Shown: positions 1 through 9,455 of the stretch, piece by piece
Layout: each line of letters opens with the position of its first letter
Numbering within the stretch: the first letter of the stretch is position 1
NCBI GenBank assembly: GCA_046727955.1
Contig: JBKPDO010000182.1
Span: forward strand, 410-64,409
Length of the DNA: 64,000 nt
Direction: 5' to 3'
Origin: a bacterium
GTDB taxonomy: Bacteria; Actinomycetota; CALGFH01
The notes under the pieces: model-generated
What the model saw: the letters and a program-made list of their open reading frames with translations, nothing else
Database searches by the model: none
What the model was told of the DNA's origin: nothing
Made by a program: the position numbers and the translations under genes

Positions 1-17
1 GGTAGGGGCGGCGGCAG

Positions 18-69
18 GCCCGATGGCGAGGCCCGATGGCGAGGCCCGATGGCGAGGCCCGATGGCGAG
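18..69. repeat. Tandem direct repeat, 13-bp unit gcccgatggcgag x4
   Basis: Four perfect head-to-tail copies read directly at the window start. Confidence 0.85.
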
Positions 70-155
70 CATGTGGTAGCACGCGAACTGGCGGCTAAAC
101 CGCATACGACCGAGTTTCGTGCTCCCGCGCTACCTGGAAACCGATCTGGCAGAGG

Positions 156-734
156 TCACTGGGCGTCCGCTCGCTCGAGCAGGGCGATGACCCAGCGGCA
201 CCAGTTCAGGCGGTGCGTCTCGTAGCTGATGCCGCAGCGGAGCGTGACGTACTCGGCGAACTCCGGGCTGTCCGGAGCCTCCAGGCGCTCGCCGTACCTG
301 GCCTCCATGCCAACCCGCATCGCCTCGTATTGGGCGAGCTGCTCCGCGTGGCGCTCGGCTTCGGCCCGGAAGAGCGCGAGCGCCGGAGCCGGGTCGGCGA
401 GCCACAGCGACGCCGCCTTGAGCACCAGCTCGTCCCTGTTCGGTCGCGGCCGGGGCGGCTCGGTCACCCAGGCGCTCAGGGCCTCCCGTCCGCCCTGGGT
501 GATTGCGTAGACCTTCTTGGCGTGCGGGCCGGGGCCGGCGGCGGTGTTGTAGGTGACCAGCCCGCCGCCCACCAGCCGCTGCAGCTCGGGATGGATCTGG
601 CCGTGCTGGGCGGTCCAGTAGTAGCCGACCGGCGTCTTGAGCCGGGCGGCCAGGTCGTAGCCGGACAGCGGCTGCCTGGCGAGCAGCCCGAGGATGGCGT
701 AGCCGAGAGTGGTGGCCGGGTTCGTTGGTGCCAT
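156..734 (-). CDS. PadR-family transcriptional regulator (N-terminal winged HTH plus C-terminal PadR_C-like domain)
   Basis: 192-aa ORF whose N-terminus LGYAILGLLARQPLSGYDLAARL is the classic PadR wHTH signature. Codon usage is typical of a high-GC genome. Confidence 0.8.
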   Translation of the reverse strand: MAPTNPATTLGYAILGLLARQPLSGYDLAARLKTPVGYYWTAQHGQIHPELQRLVGGGLVTYNTAAGPGPHAKKVYAITQGGREALSAWVTEPPRPRPNRDELVLKAASLWLADPAPALALFRAEAERHAEQLAQYEAMRVGMEARYGERLEAPDSPEFAEYVTLRCGISYETHRLNWCRWVIALLERADAQ

Positions 735-779
735 TGACAGCCCAGGTCGATGCGGATGACTATGTCAATACTTTCATAG

Positions 780-1697
780 TTGCTTCGCGAGGTGGGACGC
801 GACGTGGTTCGGAGCTCCGGCTGGCGTGCCGGGGTGGCGTTGCTGCTGGCCACCCTGCTGGTGAGCGGCTGCGGCGGCGGTCGCCAGGCCAGTGGAAACG
901 CCGCGCCCACCACCTCTGCCTCCACCTTACGGTCCACCACCACCACCACCACCGCCGCTCCCGCCACCACGCTTGCCGCGCTGCAGCAGCCGGCCAGCCG
1001 CTGCGGGCCGCCGGACGAACGCGCCACCCTGCTCCGCTTCGCCTCGAGCGACGGCGTCCAGCTCGACGCCGCCATGGTCGGCACGGGCCCCGCCGGCGTC
1101 GTCCTGGTCCACGAGTACCCCGCCGATCTCTGTGGCTTCTGGCCCTTCACCGTCTACCTGAGCCACAAGGGCATGCGCGTGCTCGACCTGGACGTGCGTT
1201 GCTTCGGGCTTTCGACCTGCCCCGACGGCGACGCCAGAGCACACGTGATCGACGACGTCGCGGCCGCGGCCGGCGAGCTGCGGCGCCACGGCGCCAAGCG
1301 GGTCGCCCTGATCGGCGCGTCCATGGGCGGCGCGGCCGTGCTGGTGGCCGGCGCCACGCTGCGCCCGCCGGTCGCGGCGGTGGTGAGCCTCTCGGGCGAG
1401 TCCGATCCCAGCAGCCTGGTCGGCCTGCCGGTCCACACCCTCAACGCCGGCGCCGCGGTCGCGCGCCTCACCAGCCCCACCATGTTCGTGGTCGCCACCG
1501 ACGACCGCTACGCCAGCGTCGAGGAGACCCGCGCCATGTACCGCGCCACCAGAGCCGCGGACAAGCGCATCGAGGTCCTCTCCGGCCCCGACACCGGCCT
1601 CCACGGCTGGGCGCTGCTCTCCGACTCCCAAGGCCAGAACTGGACCCCCGTCGCCGCCAAGGTCGCCGCCTTCGTGCTCGGCCACACCGCGGCGTAG
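780..1697 (+). CDS. Secreted lipoprotein, alpha/beta-hydrolase fold (serine hydrolase)
   Basis: Signal peptide with lipobox LLVSGC and a GASMGG nucleophile-elbow (GxSxG) motif. Starts at TTG/GTG. Confidence 0.7.
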   Translation: MLREVGRDVVRSSGWRAGVALLLATLLVSGCGGGRQASGNAAPTTSASTLRSTTTTTTAAPATTLAALQQPASRCGPPDERATLLRFASSDGVQLDAAMVGTGPAGVVLVHEYPADLCGFWPFTVYLSHKGMRVLDLDVRCFGLSTCPDGDARAHVIDDVAAAAGELRRHGAKRVALIGASMGGAAVLVAGATLRPPVAAVVSLSGESDPSSLVGLPVHTLNAGAAVARLTSPTMFVVATDDRYASVEETRAMYRATRAADKRIEVLSGPDTGLHGWALLSDSQGQNWTPVAAKVAAFVLGHTAA

Positions 1698-1832
1698 GGG
1701 CCGGAAGCCCCAAATGAGGACCTGACGACCTGAGGGCGGACCTCGATCGTCAGGGGCGTGTCAGCGGTGTCAGACCGGCGGCAGGGGCGCATCAGCGGGC
1801 GGGAGGATCCTTCCTGACGGCATCGACGGGCG

Positions 1833-2828
1833 GTGACGGAACCGCCCGGCCGACCGACAGGGAGTTCGCCCATGACCCTTGCCATCGAGGCGGAGGAGCT
1901 GGTCAAGCACTTCGGCACGACGGTGGCGCTGGACGGCGTCGACCTCGCGGCGCCCGCGGGGACCGTGCTCGGGCTGCTCGGGCCGAACGGCTCCGGCAAG
2001 ACCACCACCGTCCGCATCCTCGCCACCCTGCTCCGGCTGGACAAAGGGCGCGCCGCCGTCGGCGGCTACGACGTGACCACCCGGCCCATGGCGGTGCGCT
2101 CGTTGATTGGCCTGACCGGCCAGTTCGCGACCGTGGACGACCAGCTCAGCGGGCGCGAGAACCTGGAGCTGTTCGGCAACCTGGCGGGGCTCGGCAGCGC
2201 CGAGCGGCGCACCCGCGCCGGCGAGCTGCTCGAGCGCGTGGACCTCAGCGAGGCGGCGGACCGCCGCGCGAAGACCTACTCTGGCGGCATGCGCCGCCGG
2301 CTGGACCTGGCCGTCAGCCTCGTCGGCCGGCCGCGGCTGCTGTTCCTGGACGAGCCCACCAGCGGCCTGGACCCACGCAGCCGGCTGGGGATGTGGGCGG
2401 TCATCCGGGAGCTGGTGGCCGAGGGCACCACCGTGCTGCTCACCACCCAGTACCTGGAGGAGGCCGACAGCCTCGCCGACGAGATCGTGGTGCTCGACCG
2501 CGGCCGGGTGATCGCGCGGGGCACCTCCGACGAGCTGAAGGCGCGCGCCGGCGGCCAGGTGCTCGAGGTGCGTCCGGCCGGCCCCGACGGCCTGGAGAAG
2601 ACCGCCCGGGTGCTGGCGGAACTCGCCGGCGGCAGTCCCGCGGTGGACGGGGACAGCAGGCTGGCGAGCGTCCCCGTGGATGACCCGGGCCTGCTCGCCG
2701 AGACGGTGCGCCGCCTGGACGCCGCCGGGGTCGCCATTGCCGACCTCGCCCTGCGCCGGCCAAGCCTTGACGACGTGTTCCTGCGGCTCACCGGCCGCCG
2801 GACGGAGCAAGAGGAGGCAGCGGCATGA
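1833..2828 (+). CDS. ABC transporter ATP-binding protein (DrrA-like, ABC-2 subfamily)
   Basis: Walker A GPNGSGKTT, signature LSGGMRRRLDLA and Walker B LLFLDEPTSGLD. The true start may be the internal MTLAIEAE. Confidence 0.9.
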   Translation: MTEPPGRPTGSSPMTLAIEAEELVKHFGTTVALDGVDLAAPAGTVLGLLGPNGSGKTTTVRILATLLRLDKGRAAVGGYDVTTRPMAVRSLIGLTGQFATVDDQLSGRENLELFGNLAGLGSAERRTRAGELLERVDLSEAADRRAKTYSGGMRRRLDLAVSLVGRPRLLFLDEPTSGLDPRSRLGMWAVIRELVAEGTTVLLTTQYLEEADSLADEIVVLDRGRVIARGTSDELKARAGGQVLEVRPAGPDGLEKTARVLAELAGGSPAVDGDSRLASVPVDDPGLLAETVRRLDAAGVAIADLALRRPSLDDVFLRLTGRRTEQEEAAA

Positions 2829-3652
2829 CCACGATCACCATGGACCGCACGCCATCGGCGCCCCAGGCGCCCGAGGTGCCCGAGCGCTTCGGGCCCAGGC
2901 CGGCGCTGCGCCACGCGCTCGCGATCGGCGGGCGCGACCTCAGGCACCTGACTCGCAACGTTCAGGCCCTGGTTTTCGTCGTGTTCCAACCGATCATGCT
3001 GGTGCTGCTGTTCAACTACGTGTTCGGCGGCGCGGTCAGGCAGCCCGGCATCCCCTACGTGCAATACCTGATCCCCGGGGTCGTGGTGCAGACGCTGGCC
3101 TTCTCGTCATCGTTCGCCGGCATGAGCATCACCCAGGACCTGCTCAGCGGCGCGCTCGACCGGTTCCGGTCGGCGCCGATCGCCCGCTCGGCGGTGGTGC
3201 TGGGGCGGATCATGGCGGACGGGCTGCGGATGGGCCTGACCACCCTCGTGGTGGTCGCGGTCGGCATGGCGATCGGCTTCCGCTTCGAGGCCGGACTGCT
3301 GCCGGCAGTCGCGGCCGTGCTGCTGGCCGTCGCCTTCGGCTGGGCCATGTCCTGGATAGGCATGAGCATCGGGCTGGCGCTGCGCGACCCCGAGGCGGTG
3401 CAGGCGTCCGCGTTCGTATGGATGTTCCCGCTGGTGTTCGCCAGCTCCGCCTACGTGCCGGTGAGCACGATGCCCGGCTGGCTGCAGGCCTTCGTCAAGG
3501 TCAACCCCATCTCGATCGTGGCGGAGACGCTCCGCGCGCTGATGCTGGGCGGCCCAGCCGCGAGCCACGTCCTCCAGGCGCTCGCCTGGATCGCCGCGAT
3601 CACCGTGGTGTTCTTCACCCTGACCGTGCGGCAGTACCGCCGCCTCACCTGA
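2825..3652 (+). CDS. ABC-2 type transporter permease (DrrB-like)
   Basis: Six predicted TM segments. Start overlaps the ATPase stop (ATGA coupling), the typical drrAB arrangement. Confidence 0.8.
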   Translation: MTTITMDRTPSAPQAPEVPERFGPRPALRHALAIGGRDLRHLTRNVQALVFVVFQPIMLVLLFNYVFGGAVRQPGIPYVQYLIPGVVVQTLAFSSSFAGMSITQDLLSGALDRFRSAPIARSAVVLGRIMADGLRMGLTTLVVVAVGMAIGFRFEAGLLPAVAAVLLAVAFGWAMSWIGMSIGLALRDPEAVQASAFVWMFPLVFASSAYVPVSTMPGWLQAFVKVNPISIVAETLRALMLGGPAASHVLQALAWIAAITVVFFTLTVRQYRRLT

Positions 3653-3661
3653 GACCCAGGG

Positions 3662-3831
3662 GGTCCGGGGGACTCATGAGCGAGGCCCCGACCCGCGCTC
3701 CGCGAAGCGAAGCAAGGCCGAGCGTAGTCCCCCGGTCTAACCAGGGTCCGGGGGACTCATGAGCGAGGCCCCGACCCGCGCTCCGCGAAGTGAAGCAAGG
3801 CCGAGCGTAGTCCCCTGGTGGAATCAGGCCG
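3662..3831. repeat. Two tandem ~85-bp imperfect-palindromic units between convergent genes (REP/MITE-like, likely bidirectional terminator)
   Basis: The unit ggtccgggggactcatgagcgaggccccgacccgcgctccgcgaagcgaagcaaggccgagcgtagtcccc occurs twice with one mismatch. Each unit has arms ggggactc...gagtcccc. Confidence 0.75.
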
Positions 3832-3837
3832 TGGCGC

Positions 3838-6800
3838 TCAGCGGCTCTCCGCGAGCGCCACGGCCTCTTTCAGCGACATCGCCTCCCCGCGGGTGAACGC
3901 CTGCGCGAAGCGCTCCTCACCGAGCGCCCCGCGCGCCGTCCCGGCGATGCGCTCGAGGTCCACGCGCTCCCCTGGTGGCAATGGCAGCGGTGGCATGCCC
4001 AACGAGCCGCGCGCCGCCGCGGCGGCGCCGAGCAGCACCGAGGCCTGCTCGGGGTCGCCCTCCGCGCAGGCGACTCCCGCCAGCCCGCCCAGCGCCTGAG
4101 CGACCAGCGCGGGATTGCCGAGCGCGGTGGCCTGCTCCAGAGCGCCGCGGTGCAGCGCCGTCGCGCCCTCCAGGTCGCCCTGCTGCTCCGCTACTGTCCC
4201 TAGCCAGCCCATCAGGACGTGGGCCAGGGGATGCCGGAGGCTGCGGCGCTGCGGCAGCGCCATTGCCGGCTCGCGCTCCCGCCCGGCGCGCTCGGTGTCG
4301 CCGCGGCGCTGCGCGACCAGGGCGAGGCCGGCTCGCGCGAAGGCGGCCTCGGTCGCCAGGCCCAGCTCCTGCGCGGCGGCCAGCGCCTGCCCCAGCCGCG
4401 CCTCGGCGAGGTCCAGGTCGCCCTGCAGCACCGCCACGTGCGCCAGCCGGCACAGCTGCACGCCGATCTCTGGGGCCATGCGCAGCTCCCAGGCGCAGCG
4501 CAGCCCCTCCCGGAGCTGCTCCGTGGCCTGCTGGTAGCGGCCGTGCACCAGCTCGACCGAGGAGAGCAGCTCAAGCGACTGCACCATCCCCCAGCGGTCG
4601 CCGAGCTGCCGGAAACGCTCGAGGGACACCTCGCCGTCCTCCCGAAGCGCGGCCAGGTTCCCGGCCCTGACCCGGGCGAAGCCTCGCAGCAGGCGGGTCA
4701 TGGCGGCGGGCCAGCCCCCGGCCCGCTCCACCTCCTCTATGTACTCATCGAAGACCTGCTCGGCCTCCTCACTCGCGCCCTCGAAGAGGCCGACGGCCGC
4801 GACCGCCACGCGTGCGAAGGCGAGCTCGGCCTCGCTGGCCGCGGCGCGCTCCATGGCCGCCTGCGCCTCCTGGGCGTTGTGGCGAGGCCCTCGGGGGTCG
4901 AAGCGCCGCTCGAGGTCCGCCCACGCCAGGGTGAAGTGGGCCAGGCCGCGCGCTCGATCGGGCACCGGGCCGGGCAGGGCCAGTGCCGCCGTGAGCGAGC
5001 GGGCGGCCTCCTCGCGGTGGCCGGTCATCATCAGGAAGCCACTCAGCGCCGCCACCAGCCGCACGGCCAGCGCGGCCTCGCCGTTCTGCAGCAGCCACTG
5101 CAGCGCGGCCCGGAGGTTGTCCAGGTCGGCGCTCAAACGCGCGGTCCAGGCGATCTGGTCGTGCCCGCGCAGCTCCGGCTCGGCCGCCTCCGCCAGCGCG
5201 ACGCACCAGCGCGCGTGCTCGAGGGCCACCCGGTCCGCCTCCCCCGCCTCGCCGAGGCGCTCGGCGGCGTAGGTCCGCACCGTCTCCAGCAGGCCGTAGC
5301 GGGGCCCGGCGTCGGCTGGCCCGGCAGGCGGTGGCAGCCCGAGCGCCTCGATCCCCGGCCACCAAAGTGGTGGCGGCGCCGGCGCGGACTCCACCGTGAC
5401 CAGGGACTTGTCGACCAGCCTCGAGACCACCTCGGCGACCTCGCTGGAGGCCAGGTCGGGCCCGGCGCAGACCGCCTCGGCGGCGGCGAGCGTGCAGCCG
5501 CCCGCGAACACGCCCAGCCGCCGCAGGGCAGCCCGCTCGGAGCGGTCCAGCAGGTCCCAGCTCCAGTCCACCACCGCACGCAGGGTCTGCTGGCGCGGCA
5601 GCGCGGTCCGGGCACCGGCGGTGAGCAGTCTGAAGCGGTCGTCCAGGCGGGCGGCCAGCTCGGCCGGCGGCAGCGCCCCGACCCGCGCGGCGGCCAGCTC
5701 GATGGCCAGCGGCAGCCCGTCGAGCCGCCGGCAGATCTCCGCCACCGCGGCGGCGTCACCGCCGACCTCGAACCCGGGGGCGGCGCTGGCCGCGCGCTCC
5801 AGGAACAGCCTGGTGCCGGCGAAGCTGGCGAGATCGTCCGGACTGACGGGCCCGGGCGGCGGGACCGGCAGGGCCGGGACCTGCCAGCGCGTCTCGCCAG
5901 GCACCCGCAGTGGCTCTCTGCTGGTGGCCAGCACGCGCACTCCCGGGCACTCGCTCAGCAGCCGCTCGACCAGGTCGGCGACCGGGTCGGCCAGGTGCTC
6001 GCAGTTGTCGAGGACCAGCAGCGCCCGCCGCGGCTCGAGCGCCGCCAGCAGGCGCTCTTCGGCGTCGGCGGGGGCGGACGGGACGTCCAGCCGCAGGCGC
6101 TCCTCGGCCAGCCCGATCGCGTCGAGCACCGCCAGCGGGACCAGGCGGCCATCCCGCATCCCCGCCACCTCGACCATCCAGGCGCCATCGGGAGCGAGGC
6201 CACCGCCGTCGCCGAGGCCACCGCCGTCGCCGAGGCCGCTGTCGAGGCGGCGGGTGGCCTCCACGGCGAGCCGGGTCTTTCCCACCCCGCCCGGTCCGGT
6301 GAGCGTGACCAGCCGGTGCTGGCCGAGCAGCTCGAGCACCTGGGAGATCTCCCTGTCCCGGCCGACGAAGCTGGAGAGCGGCGCGCGCAGGTTGGTGTGA
6401 CCGCGCCGGGCCGTCGCGGTGGGCGGGGCCGTCCTAGCGGGCGCGGGTGGGGGTGGGGGTGCCCCGCGCGGCGGGGCCACCACGGTGGGCGGTCGCAACG
6501 AGGGGTCCTGGGCAAGGATGGCCTCCTCGAGCTTGCGCAGCTCCGGGGAGGGGTCGAGCCCGGCCCGCTCGGCCAGGACCTGGCGGGCTCGCTGGTAGGC
6601 GGCCAGCGCCTCGGCCTGGCGGCCGGCCGCGTAGAGCGCGCGCATGAGCAGCGCGTGCAGCCGTTCCCGCAGCGGGTGCTCGGCGGCCAGCGCCTCGAGC
6701 TCCCCCACCAGCCCGACGTGCTCCCCCACCAGCCCGACGTGCAAGAGCCCGACGTGCTCGCCCACGCCGAGCTCGGCCTCGATGCGGTCCTCCACCGCAC

Positions 6801-7281
6801 CCAGCCGCAGCTCGTTCAGGCGGGTCGCGGTGGCGGCGGCGAATGGCTCCCCGGCAAAGTCCGCCAGCGCCGGCCCGCGCCACAACTCCAGCGCCGCGCG
6901 GAGCAAGGCGGCGGCCTCGCGCTGCCTTCCCGCGGCGAGGGCGGCGTGCCCAGCGGCCGCGAGGCGCTCGAAGCGGAGCACGTCCACCTGGTCGGGCTCG
7001 ACGGCCAAGAGGTACCCGGGCGGCCTGGAGACCAGGCGCTCGCCCGGCCCGGCCACCTCCAGCGCACGGCGCAGGCGGGAGGCCAGCGCCTGCAGCGCGT
7101 TGACCGGGTCGGCCGGCAGGCTCGCCTCCCCCCACAGCAGGTCGATAAGCCGCTCGGTCTCGACGACCTGCCCCGCCCGCAGGGCCAGCACGGCGACGAG
7201 CAGCCGCAGGCGCCGCCCGGCCACTTCGGCGATGCGGCCCTGGTAGCTGACCTCGAGGGGTCCAAGCAGGCGGATCTCCAT
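3838..7281 (-). CDS. SARP/AfsR-family transcriptional regulator with STAND architecture (OmpR-like wHTH + BTAD + NB-ARC ATPase + TPR)
   Basis: The N-terminus MEIRLLGPLEV...LLVAVLAL is a SARP DNA-binding domain. Walker A GPGGVGKTRLA marks the NB-ARC domain, followed by a long TPR-like C-terminus. 1147 aa. Confidence 0.85.
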   Translation of the reverse strand: MEIRLLGPLEVSYQGRIAEVAGRRLRLLVAVLALRAGQVVETERLIDLLWGEASLPADPVNALQALASRLRRALEVAGPGERLVSRPPGYLLAVEPDQVDVLRFERLAAAGHAALAAGRQREAAALLRAALELWRGPALADFAGEPFAAATATRLNELRLGAVEDRIEAELGVGEHVGLLHVGLVGEHVGLVGELEALAAEHPLRERLHALLMRALYAAGRQAEALAAYQRARQVLAERAGLDPSPELRKLEEAILAQDPSLRPPTVVAPPRGAPPPPPAPARTAPPTATARRGHTNLRAPLSSFVGRDREISQVLELLGQHRLVTLTGPGGVGKTRLAVEATRRLDSGLGDGGGLGDGGGLAPDGAWMVEVAGMRDGRLVPLAVLDAIGLAEERLRLDVPSAPADAEERLLAALEPRRALLVLDNCEHLADPVADLVERLLSECPGVRVLATSREPLRVPGETRWQVPALPVPPPGPVSPDDLASFAGTRLFLERAASAAPGFEVGGDAAAVAEICRRLDGLPLAIELAAARVGALPPAELAARLDDRFRLLTAGARTALPRQQTLRAVVDWSWDLLDRSERAALRRLGVFAGGCTLAAAEAVCAGPDLASSEVAEVVSRLVDKSLVTVESAPAPPPLWWPGIEALGLPPPAGPADAGPRYGLLETVRTYAAERLGEAGEADRVALEHARWCVALAEAAEPELRGHDQIAWTARLSADLDNLRAALQWLLQNGEAALAVRLVAALSGFLMMTGHREEAARSLTAALALPGPVPDRARGLAHFTLAWADLERRFDPRGPRHNAQEAQAAMERAAASEAELAFARVAVAAVGLFEGASEEAEQVFDEYIEEVERAGGWPAAMTRLLRGFARVRAGNLAALREDGEVSLERFRQLGDRWGMVQSLELLSSVELVHGRYQQATEQLREGLRCAWELRMAPEIGVQLCRLAHVAVLQGDLDLAEARLGQALAAAQELGLATEAAFARAGLALVAQRRGDTERAGREREPAMALPQRRSLRHPLAHVLMGWLGTVAEQQGDLEGATALHRGALEQATALGNPALVAQALGGLAGVACAEGDPEQASVLLGAAAAARGSLGMPPLPLPPGERVDLERIAGTARGALGEERFAQAFTRGEAMSLKEAVALAESR
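6195..6240. repeat. In-frame 18-bp tandem repeat inside the SARP regulator gene (encodes GDGGGL x2)
   Basis: gaggccaccgccgtcgcc is duplicated on the + strand. Confidence 0.7.
6700..6765. repeat. In-frame 21-bp tandem repeat inside the SARP regulator gene (encodes HVGLVGE x2-3)
   Basis: ctcccccaccagcccgacgtg x2 plus a partial third copy. Confidence 0.7.
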
Positions 7282-7352
7282 GCGATCACCCTACCGTCCC
7301 GCAGGTCAGGCCGCTCCACCCTACTGTTGGCCTCTAGCGCGGGCGCGCGTGG

Positions 7353-8792
7353 ATGTGCACCCTAAGGGCAACCACGCATGGGGGTGTGCCCGTGTACGAC
7401 TATGACCTGCTGGTGATCGGCTCCGGGCCGAGCGGGCAGAAGGCCGCGATCGCTGCGGCCAAGCTCGGCCGGCACGCCGCCGTGGTCGAGCGGACCGACG
7501 TGGTCGGCGGCGTCTGCATCAACACCGGGACGATCCCGTCCAAGACCCTACGGGAAGCCATCGTCTACCTGACCGGCCTTAGCCAGCGGGAGCTGTACGG
7601 ACAGAGCTACCGCGTCAAGCACGACATCACCGTGCAGGACCTCAGCGCCCGGACCAGGCACGTGGTCGGACGCGAGATCGACGTGATCCTGCACCAGCTT
7701 GCCCGCAACCACGTGACGCTGCTCCAGGGCAGCGCCCGATTCGTCGACCCGCACACCGTCGGCATCGCCGGCGGACCGGTGGAGCGGCTTGTGAGCGCGG
7801 CCAACATCGTGATCGCCACCGGGACCCGCCCGGCGCACCCGGACAGCGTCGCCTTCGACGACAGGAGCATCGTCGACTCGGACGGGATCCTGTCGCTCGA
7901 GCGGATCCCCTCCTCGATGGTGATCGTCGGCGCGGGCGTGATCGGGCTCGAGTACGCGTCGATGTTCGCCGCCGTCGGCACCAAGGTGACGGTGGTCGAG
8001 CGGCGCCAGGGCATGCTCGAGTTCTGCGACGACGAGATCGTCGAGTCGCTGCGCTACCACCTGCGCGACCTTGCGGTGACGTTCCGCTTCGGCGAGAGCG
8101 TGGCCGCCGTGGAGCCTCACGCCGGCGGGACCATGACGGTCCTGGAGAGCGGCAAGCGGATCCCCGCCGACACCGTGCTGTACTCGGCCGGGCGTCAAGG
8201 CCTGACCGGCGACCTCGAGCTGGCCAACGCCGGGCTGGAGGCGGACGCGCGCGGCCGGATCGCCGTCGGGCCCGATTTCCGGACCAAGGTCGAGCACGTC
8301 TTCGCGGTCGGCGACGTGATCGGCTTTCCCGCGCTGGCGGCGACCTCGATGGAGCAGGGCCGGCTGGCCGCCTACGCCGCCTTCGGCGAGTCGACGAGCA
8401 CGCTCGGGCAGCTGCTGCCGATCGGCGTCTACACCATCCCGGAGATCAGCTACGTAGGCAAGAGCGAGGCGGAGCTGACCGATGCGTCGATCCCTTACGA
8501 GGTCGGCATCTCCCGCTACCGGGAGCTGGCCCGGGGGCAGATCCTCGGCGACTCCTACGGCATGCTGAAGCTGCTCGTCTCCCTGGAGGACCGGCGGCTG
8601 CTGGGCGTGCACGTGTTCGGCACCAACGCGACCGAGATCGTGCACATCGGCCAGGCCGTCATGGGCAACGGCGGCACGGTGGACTACCTGGTCGACGCGG
8701 TCTTCAACTACCCCACCCTGGCCGAGGCGTACAAGGTGGCCGCGCTCGACGCGGTCAACAAGATGCGGGCGATCGCCCGCCTCGACGACTGA
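7353..8792 (+). CDS. sthA: Soluble pyridine nucleotide transhydrogenase SthA (UdhA)
   Basis: [17 protein letters not shown] fold, [13 protein letters not shown] redox-active site, and end-to-end colinearity with E. coli SthA. The likely true start is the GTG at VPVYDYD, about 36 nt downstream. Confidence 0.85.
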   Translation: MCTLRATTHGGVPVYDYDLLVIGSGPSGQKAAIAAAKLGRHAAVVERTDVVGGVCINTGTIPSKTLREAIVYLTGLSQRELYGQSYRVKHDITVQDLSARTRHVVGREIDVILHQLARNHVTLLQGSARFVDPHTVGIAGGPVERLVSAANIVIATGTRPAHPDSVAFDDRSIVDSDGILSLERIPSSMVIVGAGVIGLEYASMFAAVGTKVTVVERRQGMLEFCDDEIVESLRYHLRDLAVTFRFGESVAAVEPHAGGTMTVLESGKRIPADTVLYSAGRQGLTGDLELANAGLEADARGRIAVGPDFRTKVEHVFAVGDVIGFPALAATSMEQGRLAAYAAFGESTSTLGQLLPIGVYTIPEISYVGKSEAELTDASIPYEVGISRYRELARGQILGDSYGMLKLLVSLEDRRLLGVHVFGTNATEIVHIGQAVMGNGGTVDYLVDAVFNYPTLAEAYKVAALDAVNKMRAIARLDD

Positions 8793-8794
8793 CC

Positions 8795-9166
8795 GTGGAC
8801 AGCACGGACGGCGGTCTGCGCACCAAGATCGTCGCGACCCTGGGGCCGGCACCCACCGATCCGGAGGTGCTCGGGGCGATGGTGGACGCCGGCCTCGACG
8901 TGGCGCGCCTCAATTTCTCCCACGGCGACGCCGAGGAGCACCTCGGCAGGCTCGCGGCCGTGCGGCGGCCGACCGCGCCACGTGACGCTCTGACCGACCA
9001 GACGCAAGGCAAGGTGCGTTTCGCGCGGCAGGGTGGGTACCTGGGAGCCGACGAGGTCGCCGGTGGAGGAAGCAGCAGACACCCCGGCAGCGGCAAGGGT
9101 GTCAAGGGCGTCAAGGGTGTCAAGGACCCGCAAAAAATCCCGAGAATGACGTTAGGGCATCGTTAA
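8795..9166 (+). pseudogene. Pyruvate kinase N-terminal remnant (about 55 aa of homology) running into a Gly-Val-Lys microsatellite
   Basis: RTKIVATLGPA...ARLNFSHGD is the invariant pyruvate kinase N-terminus. Homology ends at about 8965 and none of the three frames carries the rest of PK. Confidence 0.65.
9088..9125. repeat. 9-bp microsatellite (ggcaagggtgtcaagggcgtcaagggtgtcaagg; GVK x3)
   Basis: Direct reading. Confidence 0.7.
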
Positions 9167-9288
9167 GGGCCCTTCCCAGGCGGTCACGGCGAGCGTACAT
9201 ACCAAGGCGCGGTGTTCGGGTGACGCGCGTCCGCGCGACCCGAGCCCCCCGCCGCCACCGGAGGAACCTACGAGGACAGGAGAACGAC

Positions 9289-9369
9289 ATGGACGCTGTT
9301 TCGGTGCTTCTGGCCCTGGGCGTCTTCGCACTGATGTTCGGTCTCATCAGGGTGATAGATCGGATATGA
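9289..9369 (+). CDS. 26-aa hydrophobic single-TM peptide (KdpF-like / kdp leader peptide candidate)
   Basis: ATG preceded by aggagaacgac. Encodes MDAVSVLLALGVFALMFGLIRVIDRI. Its stop overlaps the start of the next small ORF (ATATGA). Confidence 0.4.
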   Translation: MDAVSVLLALGVFALMFGLIRVIDRI

Positions 9370-9455
9370 GCGCCGCGGACATATTCGGGCTGACGATCTC
9401 GGTAGTCGTGTTCGGCTACCTGGTCTATGCGCTGATGCGCGGGGAGCGGCTGTAG
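9366..9455 (+). CDS. kdpF: K+-transporting ATPase subunit F (KdpF)
   Basis: The 29-aa sequence MSAADIFGLTISVVVFGYLVYALMRGERL matches the E. coli KdpF motif GYLVYAL. Its stop TAG abuts the kdpA ATG. Confidence 0.7.
   Translation: MSAADIFGLTISVVVFGYLVYALMRGERL

Noticed and set aside
4219-7365. 1048-aa ORF on the + strand antisense to the SARP regulator, and many other long antisense or shadow ORFs (for example 213-737 +, 476-1150 -, 2680-3762 +, 16069-17136 +, 17263-18633 +, 44173-46422 +).
   Set aside because: They have Arg/Pro/Gly-rich low-complexity translations typical of out-of-frame reading in about 70% GC DNA. Each is fully overlapped by a gene with clear homology on the other strand.
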